From positions 165,207,899 to 165,271,898 of the forward strand of contig NC_068982.1 of NCBI RefSeq assembly GCF_001194135.2: a stretch of DNA of 64,000 nt, written 5' to 3'. This stretch comes from Octopus bimaculoides (lineage: Eukaryota). The position numbers were made by a program, and so were the translations under genes. Shown here piece after piece: positions 26,101 through 37,450 of this stretch. Positions within the stretch are counted from its first letter, which is position 1. Each line of letters begins with the position of its first letter. The notes under the pieces are model-generated. The model was not told the DNA's origin. It worked only from the letters and a program-made list of their open reading frames with translations, and did no database searches.

Positions 26101-26939
26101 CGTCGTCGTCGTTGTTAGTATTACTGTTGTTAGTGTAGATTTCAAAAAAATTGTGAAGATATTAAGAATTGCAAGGAAAAAGTTACAGCAACATCACAGA
26201 AGACTACACAAAGGAGAGCACATTAATAAAGACAAAAATAACATATGGTCTAAGAATAAGAACAAAGATTGTCGAGGAATAGTTACTAGATATCTATGCA
26301 TGAAACTCATGAAAAATCAAAATACATCTCCCAATACAGATGGGAAAAATTTCTCATAGGATTGCAAGAAATGCAACAAGAGTTCGGCATATATTCGTAT
26401 AAACTTACATTCACACACACACAGATGTATATAGCTATTGTCGTAGTTGTTCGTATTACTGTTCGTTCTTTTACTACAATTATTGTTATTGTATATTGTT
26501 GTTTTATCTTTGATATCATTTTTAATAATCCTAAGTTGTTATTCTTTCTACAGTTATAGCTACAATATTAATATTCTAAAACATTATACATATAAACGTC
26601 TGCTATTGTTTAACATTTCCTTACTTTGGTGATTTACCTTTCAATTTTACTAAGTTATAAAACAGTATATTTAGTTAAGACGCAAATAAAGCGGAAGATA
26701 ATATTTTCCAAATTTTACTTCTAATCTATTTGCATGTTGCGTCTTCATTACTTCAATTTTTCGTTTGATCAATGAAAGTAATCGCTCCGAATAGGATTCC
26801 AAATCTGCTGGTAATAGGTAATATATTATTTATAAACATTGCATTGGAGAGCTAGTACATCCGTAAACCTACCAGACTGTATTTACTGTAATGAAAGAAA
26901 ACATTTTAAACAATATTCATAAACACACCTGCATCTCTC

Positions 26940-26962
26940 TTTTAATATCTCTCTCCCTCTCG

Positions 26963-27005
<43 letters not shown>

Positions 27006-27033
27006 TCTCTTTCTCTCTCTCTCNNNNNNNNNN

Positions 27034-27083
<50 letters not shown>

Positions 27084-27095
27084 TACACACACACA
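26940..27095. repeat. (CT)n/(CA)n microsatellite with a 10-N gap
   Basis: Direct repeat units. Confidence 0.95.
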
Positions 27096-28100
27096 AACTG
27101 TATATATATATCTTAAACTGCCTCTGTGATCTGACATCAAAATATATAATATTCATGGTACCTCTTCCCATGAATAAAACTCCAAAAGCAGTGCCTTAAT
27201 TTATAAACTATACTTGTAGAGATCTTCACAACCTATAATTACAAGGCTCTACAGATAGATTATGATGAGATCCAAATTCTATGCATCACGTCTCTAAACT
27301 GCTGATATATTACATCAATTGCGGTATGTGAATAAGCGCGAAATGCACAATAAAATATTCCTTATATCACATATTAGCATAAGAATGTCATTACCTTCTT
27401 CATTATTCAGCGCATTTCAAAGTTTCCGTCTTTAAATATAAACAAATGTAGTGAAGCTTCACCTTATGTTGTTGCATATGTTTCAAATTGAATTTTGTAA
27501 TGATTTGTAATGAGAGCAACAAATCAATGTATTCTAAAACAAAATGTAATTCGATTTTTAACTTGAGACATCAAGTCAATGAAAATCCTTAACCTACTCG
27601 AATAAGAATACTTTTCAAATGCTTGAAAATCACTATACTCGTGTTAGACAATGCACTGTCTGCAGTCAAATAAATATCAAACAGGACTTTAACATTAAAA
27701 CATTTCAATAATCTAATCGGCATGAAAGCAAATCATCGAAATACATGATCGAAATGTATGAGGTTTAGCAGTATTGATAAGATTTTGTGTTATACAGAAT
27801 ATAATAGTACAATGCATGACATAATACATATACATATAGATAGATATTTAGATACTCAGATAAGTTTCGGCCAGAATTGGCTCAGGTTATGACTAACATT
27901 ACTGCATCAATTAACAAACTTAACAGCATCAAGGCAGGTAATTATGCTTCATGATGCACTACTACTTTAAGCATCATAGTCCATTAGAGTGAAGAGTTAA
28001 TGTTTGCAGAGATATATTCGGCCAGAGGTGGCATGTCTGGAACTTGTTGGAGGAATCTGTTCAGAAATTCAGTTCTATATTTAAGAGATGAGGAATTATG

Positions 28101-28481
28101 TACAACTTCAGTTCCCACCATCCATAGAGTGTAAAAAGAGGGATTGCTCAGTGCCTAAAACATCGTGCAAAGAATATAAGTAGTGATCGTGATACACACC
28201 ACGAAGAAATGATCAAGTTCAATAACGATCTGTTAAGCAACAGCTACCCCAAAAGTATACTATACACTCCAATTATGAAGAACAGAGAGAGGATGAGGCT
28301 AAAAAGCTGGCCACAGTCTGTCTACCCTATGTGAAAGGCCTCTCCAAAAAGATACAAAAGATATGCGGCCTATATGACATCAGAACAGTATTCAAGAGTA
28401 ATATAACACTTCGCAAATATCTCCTTCGAGGAAAACCACCAATAAAAGAGAATATTACCAAAGACTGCGTGTACTCCATCA
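28101..28481 (+). mobile_element. Penelope-like element fragment (between the RT and GIY-YIG domains)
   Basis: YNFSSHHP*SVKRGIAQCLKHRAKNIS, then VCLPYVKGLSKKIQKICGLYDIRTVFKS...KDCVYSI, truncated just before the GIY-YIG cysteines. Confidence 0.85.
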
Positions 28482-28493
28482 AAATCAATGTCA

Positions 28494-28613
28494 GCATCAT
28501 TCGGGCAATGTTTGAAGAGGAAAATCATTCAGTAAAAATGAAAACAAAAATGAATAATAAATAACAAAACGAAAGTATTCAATAATGAAAGTGTTTCGTC
28601 ATTAATTCTATAA
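28494..28613 (+). repeat. 120-bp direct repeat, copy 1
   Basis: Matches 29951-30069 with 7 differences by manual alignment. Confidence 0.95.
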
Positions 28614-29790
28614 TTTAATTTCCATAATTACCAGATTATAACTAAATCCACATTTAGAAATAATGAATTATTAAGGATCGTAAAAATGAATATTTTAATT
28701 TTAATTTTTTTAAGGATCTTAAGCATTTTTCAAACATAATTACATTTCGCTATAATTATTTCCGAATGACTTCCTTGATTTTTTTTATAAACAGGTAACA
28801 ATTTGATGCCAGTGAGAAGCGGTCGACATTAATGCTCAGATAAATGGAAACGTTTATTTACAATGAGGAGAGAAAAGTGTATCGTTTACTCGGTCATTTC
28901 TTTTAATGTGAGATTAAGAAGACAAGGAAAAAAATCTCACTTCAAAAGCTGCATTTCGTGGGGATAGAAATGCCGAAACAAAAGTGAGAATGTGTTTTCA
29001 TGTTAGGCAATTGGGGTCAAACAGGTAAAGGATAAATAAATAAGATTAAATAGATAAGAAGACGGGTAACATATCTAAGTCACTCAGTTTGCTATCTTAA
29101 GTTTTTAAATAAACTATCAGTAAAGAACAAGGTGAGGCAACATTTATTCAGAACTTAAGTTAGATATAACATTACATTTAAGTGTTTTCCAGTTACGTTC
29201 CAGTAATACATGGAACATCATGTAAAGAAAAATATCTCCACATGGATATTTGCTATCTGTGTGTAACAATTTGCTAATCACTGTAAACATGTTGTAATAT
29301 TGCGAATTACGCAGACACATTTCATATGGGTATGTCTCAAGACATTTAAAAGTTTATTATGAGAATATTTTATCAGAGTAATATAAAACATCGAAGATTA
29401 CAATTATGTTATTCTTGTTTATGACATTGTATCTAACCGGGCAAATTTATGATCAAAGCCGTTCCGTTCGCGACCATCTACCATTTTTCTCATGTAGTGT
29501 ATCTATGACCACATTATGTAATGGACCCTAGTATTTTTAATGTTATTACGCTTGAATAATAAAGACTTTACTTCACTTTGTGGTATACGAAGCGTTTGCC
29601 CAGAGACATTACCGTTGGTTCATCACTTTTTGTTGTTAATGATGAGGATATTTATGTTGTATCAACTTCAGAAATGTTTTAATTGTATATATATGTCTTC
29701 CAAAATCAACATGGTAACATCAGTCAGCGGTTTTTCGCTTTTCATATAGTGAAGAGACGTTTTCTGTCATTTACCCAGAGTTTAAATATT

Positions 29791-29907
29791 GAAATTTCCC
29801 CAAGACACCTGAAGAAGGTTGGAAGGTATATCAGCCGAAACGTTGTGTTAACAACAAACAAGATGAGGACAAATATCCGTCGAATGTAAGTAATGTAAAT
29901 AATGTAC
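29791..29907 (+). mobile_element. PLE-type terminal (pLTR-like) segment containing a minimal hammerhead ribozyme motif
   Basis: GACAC-CTGAAGA-A-GGTTG...CAGCC-GAAACGTT-GTGTT followed by an AATGTA-repeat tail. Confidence 0.75.
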
Positions 29908-29950
29908 CGTTCAGAAATTGTTTGAATATTTGAAGTCATTTTCCTTATGT

Positions 29951-30069
29951 GCATCATTTGGCAATGTTTGAAGAAGAAAATCATTCGGTAAAAATGAAAA
30001 AAAAAATGAATAATAAATAACAAAACGAAAGTATTCAATACTGAAAGTATTTCGTCATTAATTCTATAA
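29951..30069 (+). repeat. 120-bp direct repeat, copy 2
   Basis: Matches 28494-28613. Confidence 0.95.
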
Positions 30070-32144
30070 GAGTGGAGTATATAAGTAGTAAAAAGCAACT
30101 ATAAGAAGGTATTAAATGTAACATATCAGTGAAACAGTTTCAGAACTACATATGTGACGACTGTTATATTATATGACAAGGGTTAGCTTCATGACGATGT
30201 TGTTACAACGTATTCCATTATATGTATGTCATGGAGGTGATAAAATAATTATTTACGAAATTATTAAACAATTCAAATCGTTGGCTTCAATTTGTATGTC
30301 AAGTAATACTATTTATCAATAGTGTAACACATACATGATGTATGTGGATTATACGTCAAAATGTAGAAATTATAAACAAATAAAATATAAGTGGGTACTT
30401 GTGCACGGGTGCATATATGTATGCACATATGTGTGGATGTATCATATATCCATACATCATGTATGCAGATATATTGTTTCATGTATGTATAAAGCAGTAG
30501 GTTTGAGGGCTCCTACTGTCTACGTTTTATTGCATTTCTGGCGAAAACATTTCGATTACATTAATTTTTGTACTGATTTGAAATAGTAAAATGTTCTAGA
30601 GATATACAAATTCATATAAGTCATCGTGTTTTACATAAATATGATGTCACTGTACATTATCTTCAATTCACTGGATATATTTTCTTAAAGTAGCCATAAA
30701 CTATTTTACCATAATGATTTCTAAAAGTATACGTAGAGAATTCAAGCACATATTTAAATCACATACCTGAATGTATAAATATACAGATGTTACTTATTTT
30801 CTCTAATTCTTAGCGCGACATAATTTTCGTGCTTATCTTAATTCTTCAATTATCTTGAAACCTTATATGAAACAAACTAACATGTAAACTGGGTAAATGT
30901 CCTGGACAACACACATATTATGTTCCTTCAAATTATTCATTAATATATCTACGAAATTACATAAGGCAGATATGACTGTTTCAACGAGTGCCAAAAGCAA
31001 AAACACACCTGCTACCTTTATCGACACTGAAACAATTTCATACGCAGCAATGAGCGTCCAGAAATAGACATGTGCTCATTTAAGAAAATAAACAGTATCA
31101 CGTAAAAGTGTAGCATTGTGTTATTATTAAATAGCAGGATTGGACTTCTTAAAGAGTTAAACACAAGTATATCAATTTTAGAAAACTAACTGAAAAAAAT
31201 ATACTGATTCGATATGTTAAACTGCAAGAAGCATAATTATGGAATAACAAATGATTACAGGTGATTACTGCAATTCCGCGTTTGCAAATACCTTAAACCT
31301 AATGAAAATTATTCGTTCTTCACCGTAACTGTTTGAATGAAGGAGGCAGACAACATTGCTTTGAACGACAATATAATTATTTAAGAACAAAGTTAAAACA
31401 GGATATTTATTTTTTCATCCGCTAGAACACAGTTACAAGAATTGTAAATACAATCAAAGTTTATCAGCTTTGTTGATTTATCTGAGATATTTACGGCACG
31501 ATTTCATAAGAATAAACAATTGATAGTTGAACGTTAACTACATTTAGTACAAGAGGAAACATTTTTTTTTTAAATATTAAACAAGAAAATGCGAAAACAA
31601 ATCATAATAGCGTACGAAGCCAGTTTTCTATGATGGATAGGAAAATAGAACACGATGAAACCACTGAATGAGAAATACTAAAGGAGAAAATTATCATTGC
31701 TATTCCAATCATTTATAAAAATAGTAATTTCTATGTTTTGTTTTCAATCACTTCAGACACAAAAGAAGCCATTATTAAATGATTTATCTAACCAATACAA
31801 AACAATCCATTTTTTGTCTGAAATTATAAATTTGATAAAACAATAAAAAAAATATCCAAATTTGGCAAGAAGGAAAAAGTTAAAGTTTTACATAGTTTAC
31901 AGAAGTTGAATAAGCGAGACAAACCAGTAAAATTAACACTTTTGAACTTTTCTTAATATTTTATATCAAGATATATGTCAAGAAATAAAAAAATGTTGCA
32001 AATAATTTGATTAATTTAATTATTTCCATTATTTCGATTATTCTATCAAATCGAATCAATTCTAACTAATTTGCTCACAAATAAATTTCGAGAAGGTTAC
32101 TACCACATTGATTAATATTTCTAATATTTTAAGGTCGACCAACA

Positions 32145-32335
32145 TAGCGAGCTGGCAGAATCGTTACCACATTTTTTACGACTTGTTCCTACGACTTTAC
32201 ATTCTGAGTTCAAATGACACCTGGGTCGACTTTGATTTTCATCCTATCTATGTTGATAAAATATTTATCACTTGAATAGCGAGGTCACTATCCTCCGAAA
32301 TTACTGTTCTTGTGCCAAACTTTGAGAGCACTATC
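32145..32335 (+). mobile_element. SINE family A, tandem copy 1 of 3
   Basis: GCGAGCTGGCAGAATCGTTA head, TTCTGAGTTCAAAT and GTCGACTTTG. Confidence 0.85.
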
Positions 32336-32344
32336 ATTAAGTTC

Positions 32345-32580
32345 GCCAGGTGGTAGAATTGTTAGATCATCAGAAAAACTGTTCTGCGTAATTTCTCAAG
32401 CTGAATACATTTTGAGCTCAAATTCTACTAACGTGAACTCTTCTTTTCATCTGTATGGGGGTTGTTAACATTAGTAACATATAAGTACTCGTGTCGATCT
32501 AATCGACTTGTTCCTCTCAAAATTATTAACCTTTCACCAAAACTAGAAATGAAAATAGTACTACTATTATTATTAGTATC
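32345..32580 (+). mobile_element. SINE family A, tandem copy 2 of 3
   Basis: GGTGGTAGAATTGTTAG head, TTTGAGCTCAAATTC, GTCGATCTAATCGAC and a (TAT)n tail. Confidence 0.75.
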
Positions 32581-32592
32581 ATGGAAAGAAAT

Positions 32593-32815
32593 GCGGCCAA
32601 ATGTTAGAATCTTTTTGCGCGTTGGGTAAAATACTTAGCGATATTTCTTTCGGTTCTTTACGATTTGAGTTCATATCCTGCTGAGGTCAACTTCTCTTTT
32701 CATCCTTCCAGATTCGATAAATAAAAATACCAGTCAAAAAAATTAGTGCCTACCATAGCGAATGAATCTCTCTTCGCAAAATTTCTGACTTGTATCAAAA
32801 ATCAGAATTCATTGT
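32593..32815 (+). mobile_element. SINE family A, tandem copy 3 of 3
   Basis: AAAATACTTAGCGATATTTC, TTTGAGTTCATATCCTGCTGAGGTCAAC and TTTCATCC core. Confidence 0.75.
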
Positions 32816-34096
32816 TAACAGTAGCTGGGCGGTGGACAGAGAGGATAGATCGAAAGTTGAATATGATGACTTTGTATCAGCCCTTTACTGTTTGATTTCT
32901 CATTTGCCGAAGTCCACTCTGTCATTCATCACAACACAGGCCGGGGCTGGGGAGATGAAATATATTTCACTAAACAATGTTTTTTTACCTTTTGCCATAA
33001 CAGAATTTATAATGCGTTTGCCGAAAACACATGCCTCGCTTCGCAAATGTCTGAATATCAGAACTTTCTCCATTAAGAAACGTTAATCATATTTGAATTA
33101 TATTGCAAACAGAGGAAGCTGGAAGTTTTGCACTCGTACACGAATTACAGAGAAGATCTGTTTTAATCTCTATATAAATTTTAATGGATCTTTATTGCAT
33201 GCAGTATTATTGTAGTCGGTACCTTGACGAGAGCTAGTAACAGCATTGAATGTGCCAATTAAAACAAAACGGTCATATGAAAGCATAGGAGAACAAGAAA
33301 TACGTCGCATATCTGAAAACTCAAATTTGGACATAATGTGTAGAAGTAGCTGACAACTCGCATTCGCGCGCGCTCACCCCCCCCCCCCTCACACTCTTGT
33401 CAAAATAATACAGAATGACCGAAGAACTCGGATTATGATGCAAGCTAGCATTTCCAGCTTTCCTTCTTCTGCTGGAGATAACGCAGATACTTTTAGTTTA
33501 GACATTTAGCGGATAGAATCTGCTTACCGGGAGAGTGTCCTAACGAACATTGTATAAATATTATGGAACTTTTCGTAAAAAAACTATAATGTATCTCTAA
33601 ATCATTAAGTGTAGCGAAGGCTTTCTCAAGCCCACGAAATTGTAACTGCGGGTAGACCTGGCGAATATGAAAGAGTGCTTTCCAGTACTGGGTGAAGAAG
33701 TGCATATGGTATTTGGTGTGTTGTCATAAAACCGAGAATGGAGCGAGAAGATAAGCTCAGTTTGTTTCACTCATATTGCCGAAAAACATATTCCACAATG
33801 TTCAGACGAAAGAACACGAAAATAAGCGTAAATGTATGAAAGGTGGTGAGTGGTATCACTAAATAAACCTGCACTTACGATGCCACTTCATGATCATGAG
33901 ATGCACGTACAATCAGCCATCAAGGGACATGTTCAACTGCTTAAGGTCAAACAATTGACAAGCAAATTCGTAATATTGAGCAGAATATTTGCTTTAGCCC
34001 ATCTTTTATACCAAGACAAAACATATACATGATAACACTTAAAATCAGTTAAGATAAAAAGTTATAAGAGCCAGTGCCTGCTACTGAATCAAGGCA

Positions 34097-34097
<1 letters not shown>

Positions 34098-34159
<62 letters not shown>
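34098..34159. repeat. (TTA)n microsatellite, about 20 units
   Basis: Perfect run. Confidence 0.98.
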
Positions 34160-34628
34160 GGTCGTCAGCCGAGGAATAAACGCTTGACCTCGGTTCTGTA
34201 TTTTATTTTCGAAAGTCGTCAGTTTTCTCCGGAAAATAGCCGTACTTTCTTGTCATTTTCAACCATTTTGGAGAATAAGGGATCCATATTCTGCTGGTGA
34301 GTTCACGTTTTGCTAAAATATCCCCTATTTCTTGAGGACTTATCAAATTTATTCCATCTTGTTATTTAACGTGGAAAAATTTAGATTTTGCTCAAAGGCA
34401 CAACATATAGTTTTGAGGGAGTTTCAGTCGTCGATGAGAGTGGTGGAGAGACAGAGGCGTGTCTTGCTACAGTTCTTTGCCTGTTGGCGTGACTTCTAGA
34501 CACGCAAGCAGGCAAAACAGGATGACCATCTCAATCACAAACAACAACTCCGACACCACCGCCATCATCACTTCTGACACTACCACTACGAACAACAACA
34601 ACAAAAGCAACTGTAGCAGTAACAACAG

Positions 34629-34665
<37 letters not shown>

Positions 34666-35815
34666 AGCAGCAGCAACAACAGTAAAACTTTGACGGGAGA
34701 GACAAATAAGCAGTACAGCTACGATATAAATGCTTTCCTTCCGTTAGCAAGTAGCTTGGCTACTTCGGTCAACAATATGAACATCACTACAAACAATAGC
34801 GTCACTTTTGGCTCTGAATGACAGCAAAAACGATATAATCAACACCAACAATAACAGTAACGATAAAACAACTCCTTTGCAGGCGTAACAAATTTGCAGG
34901 AACAAATTTCTCTGGAAAAACGTGTATCTGAGTGAAGCAGTAAACCTCCTCAACAGAGAGGATAGGAAAATCAAGCTTGCTATCCCTTCAGATTTGAAGA
35001 GAAGACGAACAGAAGGAAAATCTTCAATGCACCACACAACCAAGTAGAAAAATGCTTGAAGGGAATTTAGACTGATATTTATTTCCTGACACGAGGGAAA
35101 TAAAATGGTTCTGTGGAAGTGAGCTTCTTCACAGAGGCATTGGCCCCAAAATACTCAATGGTCCAGTGCAAGCACGAGGATCTTCTTCCCACATACCTTG
35201 GACGGCGGGTGGTGAAAGCTAAAATATCAGATGTGCCACCAGAATTAGACATTTGGTGGTTAATTGCGTGCACTGTAGTCGAAGGCCCGGATACACTTCT
35301 AGAAATGTTTAATAAATCAGGAGAACTAGTCCAGAATCTGGTTGGAGATTTTGATCCAGGTAAAAATGGAATCCCTGAACAAGGCCCCGACCCTATCGAG
35401 CTGCCCAACGGAGTACAACTCCAAGTTGTGGTGGAAGGTATAAAGCCAAGATGATACACTTGTGAGTCTAACGCCCACAACAGCAACAAAATGGAACTCG
35501 AGAAACGGTGGCTCTGCTACAACCACCACCACAAGAAGGCCAAAAGCTGCAACAACAATCAATACAGCCATTAAAGCAACATCTTCAACAGCAGAATCCC
35601 ACCACCAAATGGCACCAACGACTGTAGCGATGGAAACAAGCAACGCCCGACCATCCCTACAGGCGGACGACACAAAAAACACCATGTACAGGTGATTCAG
35701 AAGCCTCATCATGCGACGAGAAGGAATTGAATCCTCCTAGGACTTGTGTTGAGGAAAAGCGGGAAAATAGTTTTAAAAGATGCCGTCTTAAGCTGCAAGT
35801 GAAAATACAGGACGA
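34160..35815 (+). mobile_element. Decayed 5' half of a probable non-LTR retrotransposon with a gag/ORF1-like protein
   Basis: Non-coding leader, N/T/S-rich low-complexity stretch, LKRRRTEG, YFLTRGK, ORF 35113-35454 (LPTYLGRR...VPPE...VVVEGIKPR), and at its end TGA-YT-C-ESNA-H, a CX2CX4H knuckle with the first Cys converted to a stop. Confidence 0.6.
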
Positions 35816-35928
35816 GGCAAATTCACCTAATCCATCAGCTTGGGCTTCATCTTTACCATAAAGTTTGAGGTCATCCATGAATAACAAATGGTTGACTTTT
35901 TGACTTTTTATTTTGCTTTTTATTTTGC

Positions 35929-35931
<3 letters not shown>
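35815..35931 (-). mobile_element. R4/Dong-type reverse transcriptase active-site fragment
   Basis: KVNHLLFMDDLKLYGKD; the HLL(F/Y)MDDLKLY form is typical of R4/Dong RTs. Confidence 0.85.
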
Positions 35932-35981
<50 letters not shown>

Positions 35982-35982
35982 T
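35932..35982. repeat. (TTA)n, read as a (TAA)n tail/target on the minus strand
   Basis: Perfect run directly after the Dong-like 3' UTR. Confidence 0.95.
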
Positions 35983-36990
35983 TCATTATCATTTTCTTTC
36001 AATTCTGTTTCGATTTCTTGCTGAGTTTCTTCCTGACACCTAGAGCAGAGAGACGCACTGTATACATTGGTAGGTAATTACAATAAACACACAAGATTTT
36101 TGATGTACAAAGTCATGTGATAGAGAAAAAAGGTAGAAAGACAAAGAGAAATAAACAACATAAAATGTAAACAAAGAAAATAAAAGGGATTAAAGGAAAG
36201 AAACTTTACAGCGACAATGCTATCCTCAGTACGTGTTACGTACCAGTTAAGACAATGTTTTGCACTTCCTGCATGGATGGTAAGCCAGGGACCATTCTAA
36301 AATAATTTTCCGTTCCTTTTTATTTTGTTTTCATTCTAATTGTTCCTGCAATCACTGACTGGTATTTTAACCGTCTTGAGATGCCACATCTTTTCGATTT
36401 CGATTAGCAAATCGTTATATTTTCTGAGCCTATCAAATTCTTTTACCGAAATATTATGCTCATGTCAATCAATTAACAGACTTTATTCGTTTGGTCTTTC
36501 ACAACAATACCTGGTTTATTTGCTTTGATGGTCCGTTCTGCACATACTGGAGAGTCCCAAAGAGTCGTTACATTCTCTCCCTCAGTTACAGCCTCAGGAT
36601 GGTGCTTGTAGCATTTGTCAGCAGTTTTGATTTTATAATGCTGATACGTTATCCAATTTAGATATTGACCAACTCTATCATATCTTGATTTGTATTCTAC
36701 AGGTCCTAAAACCGTACACGCAGAGATTAGGTGGTCCACTGCTTCAATCCCATCGTTGCTGTATCGGCACTTTGGGTCTACTCCAATTTTCATCACATTA
36801 GCTTGATAGTTTCGAGACAATAATATCAGATCTTGAGCAGCCAAGATAAAGCCTTCACTCTCTGCTTTTAGCCTTGAGCTCCAAGAAGATTCATGTTCGT
36901 GTCTCGTAAGTGTTCTAGAATTTTTTTCTTTTATTAGTTAGTATTCCAAACTTTATTGGAATGCTAGCCAAATAACCCAGCACGCTAGAT
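35983..36990 (-). mobile_element. 5'-truncated R4/Dong-type non-LTR retrotransposon (CCHC plus restriction-like endonuclease, 3' UTR)
   Basis: LKAESEGFILAAQD, PKCRY...EAVDHLISAC, KANKPGIVVKD (decayed PD), LIDMS, KEFDRLRKYNDL...MWHLKT, ending RIALSL* at 36206; the 3' UTR abuts (TAA)n. Confidence 0.92.
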
Positions 36991-37127
36991 TTAAAATTGC
37001 AAATTTAATATTTCAAAAGAAAAAATATCAATATGTTTTCCAAAATCAAGGGAAGCGACGGTTGTTGGAATAGCTGCTAGGACATTGATTTTCCGATTAG
37101 TGGTCGATGCGTTCCGAAAACGAAACA

Positions 37128-37309
37128 CAGCAACAGCAACAACAACAGCAGCAGCAACAACAGCAACGAGAACAGCAACAACAACAGAATCAGTAGCAGT
37201 AGCGACGAACAAGATACATTTATAAACGATGCAAGAACGACCTCCACTACCGTCCTCAACATCAATAGATAGATAGATAGATATGTAGTAGGTTGATAGA
37301 TAAACAGAT

Positions 37310-37348
<39 letters not shown>

Positions 37349-37392
37349 TAGACAGACTGACATACATACATAAAGACAGACAGACAGACAGC

Positions 37393-37444
<52 letters not shown>

Positions 37445-37450
37445 CAAACA
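37128..37450. repeat. Degenerate (CAG/AAC)n followed by (GATA)n/(GACA)n
   Basis: Direct repeat units. Confidence 0.93.

Noticed and set aside
32790-33086. 98-aa ORF (MYQKSEF...SIKKR)
   Set aside because: Starts inside a SINE tail, has no donor site and no recognisable domain; its length is within chance range.
33355-33395. CpG-rich patch CGCATTCGCGCGCGCTCACCCCC as a promoter
   Set aside because: Too short for a CpG island and has no core promoter support.
34459-34821. CAG-rich ORF suggesting a polyQ/polyS host protein
   Set aside because: Lies in the low-complexity leader of the ORF1-like retro-relic and is bounded by stops.
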